From the NCBI GenBank assembly GCA_947307255.1, contig CAMZIO010000003.1, positions 7,428 to 71,427 on the forward strand: a stretch of DNA of 64,000 nucleotides, read 5' to 3'. The DNA comes from an uncultured Clostridia bacterium. Its GTDB lineage: Bacteria > Bacillota > Clostridia > Oscillospirales > Oscillospiraceae. The notes beneath the pieces are model-generated. The model was not told where the DNA came from, ran no database searches, and was given only the letters and a program-made list of their open reading frames with translations. The translations under genes were made by a program, and so were the position numbers. Shown one piece after another: positions 57,933 through 64,000 of this stretch. Within the stretch, counting starts at the first letter, position 1. The number at the start of each line of letters is the position of its first letter.

Positions 57933-58745
57933 ATGGAACAGCTCACGAAAAATGCAATTGACTTCGTTAGTACGTATGGCGGCAAGATTATTCTTGCCCT
58001 GCTTGTATTCCTCATCGGCCGCCTGGTGATGAATGCGCTCAACAAGGCGGCAGGAAAGGCCATCGACAAAACCTCGCTGGACGGCACGGTCAAACAGGTT
58101 ACGAAAAACGCCGTCAAGGTTTTGCTGTACGTGATCCTGGTCATCAGCGTGATTGAGATCCTCGGCGTATCCATGTCCAGCGTGATCGCGGTGCTGGCGT
58201 CCTGCGGCCTGGCCGTGGGCCTTGCGCTGCAGGGCGCGCTGAGCAATCTGGCCGGCGGCCTGATGATCCTGATTTTCAAGCCCTTCAAGGTGGGCGACTA
58301 CATCGCCTCCGCCGGAGCGGAGGGCGTCGTGCAGGACATCAGTGTGTTCTACACCACGATCATGACCGTGGACAACAAGAAGGTGCTCGTGCCAAACGGT
58401 GATCTGATGAACGCAACGGTTACCAACTTCACCGGCGCGCCGCAGCGCCGGATCGACCAGGATTTCAAGATCACCAACGATATCGACGCGGAAAAGGTCA
58501 AAGCCGTGCTGCTTGCCGCGGCGGGCAAGACGGCCGGCGTTCTGGCAGACCCCGCGCCCTTCGCGCGGCTTACCGGGGTGGATGACGATACCTACATTTT
58601 CACCGTGCGCGCCTGGTGCGAAACCGCACAGTATTGGGACGTGTATTTTGACCTGATTGAGAATTGCAGCAAGGCGCTGAGCGACAACCACATCGACGAT
58701 CCGGAAGAGCGCATTGCGATCCGCATCGTCAAGGACGAGGCTTGA
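57933..58745 (+). CDS. mscS: Small-conductance mechanosensitive channel
   Basis: GLAVGLALQGALSNLAGG, KPFKVGDYI, VLVPNG. Confidence 0.93.
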   Translation: MEQLTKNAIDFVSTYGGKIILALLVFLIGRLVMNALNKAAGKAIDKTSLDGTVKQVTKNAVKVLLYVILVISVIEILGVSMSSVIAVLASCGLAVGLALQGALSNLAGGLMILIFKPFKVGDYIASAGAEGVVQDISVFYTTIMTVDNKKVLVPNGDLMNATVTNFTGAPQRRIDQDFKITNDIDAEKVKAVLLAAAGKTAGVLADPAPFARLTGVDDDTYIFTVRAWCETAQYWDVYFDLIENCSKALSDNHIDDPEERIAIRIVKDEA

Positions 58746-58797
58746 TGACCGCCGTCCGTCTTCGCATCCGGCCGCTTGCGAAGACGGAGAGATGAAT

Positions 58798-58842
58798 AAA
58801 AAAAGCGTACCGCAGAGTGAACACTCTGCGGTACGCTTTTTT
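58798..58842. terminator. Bidirectional terminator
   Basis: AAAAAAAGCGTACCGCAGAGTG/CACTCTGCGGTACGCTTTTTT. Confidence 0.9.
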
Positions 58843-58859
58843 CTTTGCATAACGGACGC

Positions 58860-59159
58860 TCAGCCGTACAGCTTGACAATCAGCAGAATCGCAAGCCCCA
58901 GAACGACCGCATAGACCGTTCCGATCATCAGTGCCGCGCTCAGCGCACCGAAGATGTAGGAGCGCCGATCCTCCTTGGACATGGCGTTTTTATCCTCCCA
59001 CGGGCGGTCGGCTCTGTGCGGCTCGTCTGCGCGCGCATCGCGCACGGCGCTGGCGCGCTTCGGCAGGCGGATACCGAGGAGATTGGGACGCGAGACCTCG
59101 CTCATGTCAGCGATGGTGCGCCCATCGTCATCCTCGTAGACCTTCTTTTCGCGTGCCAT
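58860..59159 (-). CDS. Small tail-anchored membrane protein coupled to oppF
   Basis: TAATG overlap with the oppF stop; EDDDGRTIADMS N-terminus; C-terminal TM helix. Confidence 0.75.
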   Translation of the reverse strand: MAREKKVYEDDDGRTIADMSEVSRPNLLGIRLPKRASAVRDARADEPHRADRPWEDKNAMSKEDRRSYIFGALSAALMIGTVYAVVLGLAILLIVKLYG

Positions 59160-60193
59160 TACTTGTCGTAAAGATGGCAGACTACATAGTGGCCCGGCTC
59201 AATCTCACGCTGAACGGGCGTCTCCTCCTTGCAGCGCGCCATGCAGTTGGCACAGCGGGTGTGGAACTTGCAGCCCTTGGGCGGGTTGGCAGGGGAGGGG
59301 ATGGAGCCCTCGAGCACGATGCGCTTCATCTTGAAGTCGGGATCGGGCACGGGAATGGCGGAGAACAGCGCCTTGGTGTAGGGGTGCAGCGGGTTGCGGA
59401 AGATATCCTCCGTCTTGCCGTACTCAACCAGGCTGCCCAGGTACATGACGCCCACCGTGTCGGAGATATGCTCGACGACGGACAGGTCGTGAGAGATGAA
59501 CAGGAAGGTCAGGTTGTGCTTCTGCTGCAGCTCCTCCAGCAGGTTGATGATCTGCGCCTGAATGGACACGTCCAGCGCGGAAACCGGCTCGTCGCACACC
59601 ACGAACTCAGGATTGAGCGCGAGGGCACGGGCAATGCAGATACGCTGGCGCTGACCGCCGGAGAACTCGTGCGGGTAGCGGTCCTTGTGGAAAGGCTGCA
59701 GGCCGCAGTCGTCCATAATGGAGTCAATATAGTCGTCAAATTCTTCCTTGGGGACCAAATTGTGCTCGCGCACGGCCTCACCGATGATTTCACCGACGGG
59801 CAGACGCGGAGACAGGCTGGAGAACGGGTCTTGGAAGATGATCTGCATCTTGGGACGCAGGGCACGCATCTCCTTGGACGAGAGGTCATAGACCTCCTGG
59901 CCGTTGAAGAGCACCTGGCCGCCGGTCTTTTCGCCGGACAGACGCAGGATGGTGCGCCCGGCAGTGGTCTTGCCGCAGCCGGACTCGCCCACGAGACCCA
60001 TCGTGGTACCACGCTTGAGATTGAACGTTACGCCGTCCACGGCCTTGACGTAGCCAACCGTCTTGGAGATCATACCGCCCTTGATGGGGAAGTACTTCTT
60101 CAAGCTGTTGACCATCAAGATGTACTGCGGATCGTAGGTAACAGGCTCAAACTTGTTTTCGATCAGGAGGTTATTATTATCGCTCATGGTCAA
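59159..60193 (-). CDS. oppF: Oligopeptide ABC transporter ATPase OppF-like
   Basis: GESGCGKT, FSGGQRQRI, CDEPVSALDVSIQAQ, PSPANPPKGCKFHTRC. Confidence 0.9.
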   Translation of the reverse strand: MTMSDNNNLLIENKFEPVTYDPQYILMVNSLKKYFPIKGGMISKTVGYVKAVDGVTFNLKRGTTMGLVGESGCGKTTAGRTILRLSGEKTGGQVLFNGQEVYDLSSKEMRALRPKMQIIFQDPFSSLSPRLPVGEIIGEAVREHNLVPKEEFDDYIDSIMDDCGLQPFHKDRYPHEFSGGQRQRICIARALALNPEFVVCDEPVSALDVSIQAQIINLLEELQQKHNLTFLFISHDLSVVEHISDTVGVMYLGSLVEYGKTEDIFRNPLHPYTKALFSAIPVPDPDFKMKRIVLEGSIPSPANPPKGCKFHTRCANCMARCKEETPVQREIEPGHYVVCHLYDK

Positions 60194-61335
60194 TCCTCCT
60201 TCTTATCGTAGTAACGGTAGCAGCTGACGAAGTGGGTGTCGCTCAGCTTCACCTCGCAGGGATACGCGCCATCGCAGCCCTCTACACACATTTCGCAGCG
60301 GTCCTTGAAATAGCAGTAGTTCGGCATATTGATGGGATTGGGCACCTTGCCGGGGATGGAGTAGAGCTTATCGACCTTCTTACCTACGACGGGCTTGGAG
60401 GCCATCAGACCGATCGTGTAGGGGTGCGCGGGATGATGGAAGATATCGTCCGAGGTGCCCTTTTCCACGATACGGCCGGCATACATGACCACCACGTAGT
60501 CAGCCATTTCAGCGATAACGCCCAGGTCGTGCGTGATGAACATGATCGAGGAGTTGATCTTGTCCTTGAGGTTGCGCAGCAGGTCCAGAATCTGCGCCTG
60601 GATCGTTACGTCCAATGCGGTGGTCGGCTCGTCCGCGATGATCACGCGGGGGTTGCAGGCCAGAGCCATGGCGATGACGACACGCTGGCGCATACCGCCG
60701 GAAAGCTCGTGCGGGAACATCTTGTAGACGCCCTCGCTGTTGGCAATACCGACCATCTCCAGCAGTTCGATCGTGCGCGCCTTCATCTGCGCCTCGTTCA
60801 TGCCGGATTCGTTGTGCAGGCTGATGACCTCTTCGATCTGTTCACCGATGCGGAACACCGGGTTGAGCGCGGTCATCGGCTCCTGGAAGATCATGGACAC
60901 CACGTTGCCGCGGATCTTCTGAAGCACCTCGTCGGGCGCTTTCGTTACGTCGTAGGCCTTATCACCCAGATTGAGGCGGATCTCACCATCCGTTACCTGG
61001 CCCTGCGGACGCTGGAGCAGCTGCATCAAGGACAGACTGGTTACGGACTTGCCGCAGCCGGACTCGCCCACGACGCCCACGGTCTTGCCGATGGGCACCT
61101 CGTAAGTTACGCCGTCCACCGCCTTGACCGTACCGGCGTCGGTGAAGAAGTAGGTGTGGAGGTTATCAAACTCCACCGCGTTGTTGGGATCGTGCATGGT
61201 GGTCAGATATTCTTCCTCCGGCACGTCCTTGCGTTTGCGTTTCTTTTCGTATTCGTTGGTAATCTTGCGATTTTCGCGGGAAATCCGTCTGGATTCCCTC
61301 GCAGACAGATAGCCATCACTGTTCTTTTTTGCCAT
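60190..61335 (-). CDS. oppD: Oligopeptide ABC transporter ATPase OppD-like
   Basis: GESGCGKSVT, IFQEPMTALNP, LSGGMRQR, ADEPTTALDVTIQAQ. Confidence 0.9.
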   Translation of the reverse strand: MAKKNSDGYLSARESRRISRENRKITNEYEKKRKRKDVPEEEYLTTMHDPNNAVEFDNLHTYFFTDAGTVKAVDGVTYEVPIGKTVGVVGESGCGKSVTSLSLMQLLQRPQGQVTDGEIRLNLGDKAYDVTKAPDEVLQKIRGNVVSMIFQEPMTALNPVFRIGEQIEEVISLHNESGMNEAQMKARTIELLEMVGIANSEGVYKMFPHELSGGMRQRVVIAMALACNPRVIIADEPTTALDVTIQAQILDLLRNLKDKINSSIMFITHDLGVIAEMADYVVVMYAGRIVEKGTSDDIFHHPAHPYTIGLMASKPVVGKKVDKLYSIPGKVPNPINMPNYCYFKDRCEMCVEGCDGAYPCEVKLSDTHFVSCYRYYDKKED

Positions 61336-61348
61336 GACTGCTGCCTCC

Positions 61349-62911
61349 TTATCGCTTCATCTTCGGGTCAAATGCATCGCGCAGGCCGTCGCCCACCAGG
61401 TTGAACGCCAGAACGGTGAGCAGAAGCAGGGTGCCTGCGGGGATCCAGATGAACCAGAAGTGCTGCAGAACATAGGTGTTGTTAACGTCGTTGATAATGT
61501 TGCCCCAGGATGCGAAGGGGAACTTAACGCCGAGGCCCAGGAAGCTCAGCGACGCCTCGGTTAGGATCGCGCCGCCGACGCCCATGGTAACGGAGACGAT
61601 GATCTGCGGGATGACGTTGGGCACCAGGTGCTTGAAGATACGGCGGGAAACGGAGATGCCGCCGGCCTCGGTGGCGGTCATGAATTCCTGCTCACGCAGG
61701 GACAGAATCTGACCGCGGATCATACGGGCCATGCTGGGCCAACCCAGGAAGCCGAGGATCAGCATCAAGTAAACCATTCGCAGCGTCGGGTCCACGCTCA
61801 TCGCGTCCATCGCGGCGCCGAGGATGATGATGATCGGCATGGAGGGGATGCAGTAGAAGATATCCACGATACGCATGATCAGGTTATCCACCCATTTACC
61901 GAAGTAACCGGCAATACCGCCCATGATGATGCCGAGGAAGGTGGCAATGGCCTCGACGATGAAGCCGATGACCAGAGACACGCGGCCGCCGTACATCAGA
62001 CGGGTCAGCATATCCATGCCGTTACGGTCCGTGCCCAGCCAGTGCTTGGCGCTGGGGGCGGAATAGGTGTCGTACACGCGGGTATCGGTACCCTGGCGGA
62101 TGATCCAGTTTTTCACGTCGGCCTTGTACTCCACGGTGTAGTCGTGGGTTTCGCCGTTTTCATCCGTAAAGGTAAACTCCTTGGCGCCCTTTTCCAGCTC
62201 CGCGACCAGTTCCTCCTGGAACGAACGGGTGAGGAAGACGTCCTTGGAGATCGGCTGCACCACGTAACGGGAGATGAAAGCGACCTCTTCGCCGCCCTTG
62301 CTCACCACGCCGTCTTCGTCGATGGTGTAGTCCGTGCCGTCGGCCGTAAAGCTGCTTTCCTCGTTGGTATAGGCTTTCAGCGCATTGTAAGTAAAGTCAA
62401 AGGTGTTCTTCACGCCCTGCACGCTGGAGGCCACGATGTCCTTGTAGGCAAGTCCGATCATCGTACCGTCCGTCAGGCCGATGCTGTAAAAGTCTTCGCC
62501 TTCCTTGGTAACCGTATAGGTTACGTCGCGGTAGGTGAAGCTGGTATCGCCGGTCTGGGTGGCAAGCACGACCTTCGCCTGCACGGGGGAGCCCATCTCC
62601 TGCCCGTCGGCGATGGCGTAACGGAAGTCCACGTTTTTCACGGCGCCGGCGTATTCCTTGTTGAACACGTCGATGCGGTAGAACTGCTGATCCTCCTCAT
62701 ACGGGGTGAGAAGACCGCCGACGAAGGAGAAAATGAACATGAAGGCCAGGATTGCCAGGCCCACCACCGCGACGCGGTTGCGGAAAAAGCGCTTGGCCAC
62801 CATTGCGCCGGGGGAGAGGACCTTGACGCGGCGATCGTCGTTGAGGGAGTACTGCTGCTTTTCCTCAGAGGGGGCGACAGCGGTGTTCTTGTTTTCCAGA
62901 TTATCACTCAT
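61349..62911 (-). CDS. oppC: Oligopeptide ABC permease OppC-like with a large extracellular insertion
   Basis: HWLGTDRNGMDMLTRLMYGGRVSL, EAA loop, FNLVGDGLRDAFDPK. Confidence 0.88.
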   Translation of the reverse strand: MSDNLENKNTAVAPSEEKQQYSLNDDRRVKVLSPGAMVAKRFFRNRVAVVGLAILAFMFIFSFVGGLLTPYEEDQQFYRIDVFNKEYAGAVKNVDFRYAIADGQEMGSPVQAKVVLATQTGDTSFTYRDVTYTVTKEGEDFYSIGLTDGTMIGLAYKDIVASSVQGVKNTFDFTYNALKAYTNEESSFTADGTDYTIDEDGVVSKGGEEVAFISRYVVQPISKDVFLTRSFQEELVAELEKGAKEFTFTDENGETHDYTVEYKADVKNWIIRQGTDTRVYDTYSAPSAKHWLGTDRNGMDMLTRLMYGGRVSLVIGFIVEAIATFLGIIMGGIAGYFGKWVDNLIMRIVDIFYCIPSMPIIIILGAAMDAMSVDPTLRMVYLMLILGFLGWPSMARMIRGQILSLREQEFMTATEAGGISVSRRIFKHLVPNVIPQIIVSVTMGVGGAILTEASLSFLGLGVKFPFASWGNIINDVNNTYVLQHFWFIWIPAGTLLLLTVLAFNLVGDGLRDAFDPKMKR

Positions 62912-62929
62912 TTCCGTCAGTCTCCCTTC

Positions 62930-63916
62930 TTAAGCGATACGCACGCGCGGGTCAACCACGGCGTACAGGATGTCAGCGATCAGGTTGCCCAAAAGGGTCA
63001 GAATCGCCAGAAATGCCAGATAGAACATGGAGAACGGGATGTCGCCCTCCACCATGGCGTGGTACGAAGCGTAGCCGATACCGGGGATGGCGAACATCGT
63101 CTCGGTAAACAGCGCGCCGGAGAACAGACCGGGCAGGGAGCCGCCCACGATCGTAACCAGAGGGATGAGCGTGTTGCGGAAAGCGTGATGATAAATCACG
63201 TTGTGCTCGCTGACGCCCTTGGCGCGCGCGGTACGGATATAGTCCGCGTTGAGAACCTCCAGCATATTGGTACGGGTATAACGCATCAGGCCGCCGATGC
63301 TGATGATGACCAGGGTAACGAGGGGCAGCACCAGATGGTCGGCCATATCCAGGAACTTGCCCCAGGAGGAAAGCTGCTCGTGGGTACGACCGATCAGACC
63401 GAACAGGTCGAACCAGCCCAGCCTCACGCAGAACACCAGCTTGAGCAGTGCAATGAAGAAGAAGGTGGGCAGCGAGATAAAGGCAAGCGCCAGGACGGAG
63501 ATGGTATAGTCGGTTTTGGAATACTGCTTGGTAGCAGCGATGATGCCCAGCGGAATGGCGATGATCAGCTCGAAGAACATCGTGATCACGCCCATGATAA
63601 AGCTGAGCCAAACGGTTTCGTTGAACTTCTGAATAACGGGTACGGTGTACTTCCAGCTATCGCCGAAGTTGCCGGTAAAGAACTCGCCCAGCCAGGCGAT
63701 ATAGCCGGCAAAGATGCCCTTGTCCATGTTATACATGGCGGTGAGCTGCGCCATCCACTCATCATAACTCTTCGAGCCGGGCAGCTGCGACTTCGCGCGG
63801 GCCACGTTCTCGATGTAGGAAGAGGGGAGACAGCGCATCAGCGCGTAGATGATCAGCATGACGAAGAAGAAGATGACCACCGACAGCAGCAGACGCTTTA
63901 CAATGAATTTGCGCAC
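62930..63916 (-). CDS. oppB: Oligopeptide ABC permease OppB-like
   Basis: DYIRTARAKG, HAFRN, GNLIADILYAVVDPRVR; GTG start. Confidence 0.9.
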   Translation of the reverse strand: MRKFIVKRLLLSVVIFFFVMLIIYALMRCLPSSYIENVARAKSQLPGSKSYDEWMAQLTAMYNMDKGIFAGYIAWLGEFFTGNFGDSWKYTVPVIQKFNETVWLSFIMGVITMFFELIIAIPLGIIAATKQYSKTDYTISVLALAFISLPTFFFIALLKLVFCVRLGWFDLFGLIGRTHEQLSSWGKFLDMADHLVLPLVTLVIISIGGLMRYTRTNMLEVLNADYIRTARAKGVSEHNVIYHHAFRNTLIPLVTIVGGSLPGLFSGALFTETMFAIPGIGYASYHAMVEGDIPFSMFYLAFLAILTLLGNLIADILYAVVDPRVRIA

Positions 63917-64000
63917 AAAGAACCCTCCGTTCTCTTAGGTTTTGGGGGTGGGGCGGCGCTGCAGTGCACGAAGCTGCGTCGCCCATGGACCGATTCCAAC

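Overview
GC-rich (roughly 60%, estimated by eye) chromosomal window from a spore-forming Clostridia-class Firmicute; gene content and order suggest Oscillospiraceae (inference). Most of it is housekeeping: greA-lysS, trmH-family-dprA-topA-trmFO-plsX-acpP-rnc, uppP-ftsK, tRNA-Pro(GGG), secG, gdhA, murA, a walRK-like operon, smpB...ssrA, mscS and the 3' part of an opp operon. Accessory modules include an SLH surface protein, cwlJ/gerQ-like and GerA/SpoVAF-like sporulation genes, an FtsX/MacB-type ABC transporter, a BlaI + M56 sensor, an AraC-linked 5-oxoprolinase operon and a YtrA-type GntR-ABC-CPBP operon. I see no integrase, transposase, reverse transcriptase or CRISPR array. Three things stand out. 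(1) Both stable-RNA genes, ssrA and tRNA-Pro, are faced downstream by an INVERTED degenerate copy of their own 3' end with its own terminator; at ssrA the pair brackets an AT-rich cargo gene and a 5+5 heptamer-repeat hairpin, suggesting an integrase-less, tDNA-anchored cassette system. (2) The pentamer GTSAC is almost absent and GTWAC appears in its place, a restriction-avoidance-like signature that breaks down in the SLH gene. (3) A cobalamin-type riboswitch sits upstream of an uncharacterised YitT-family membrane protein.
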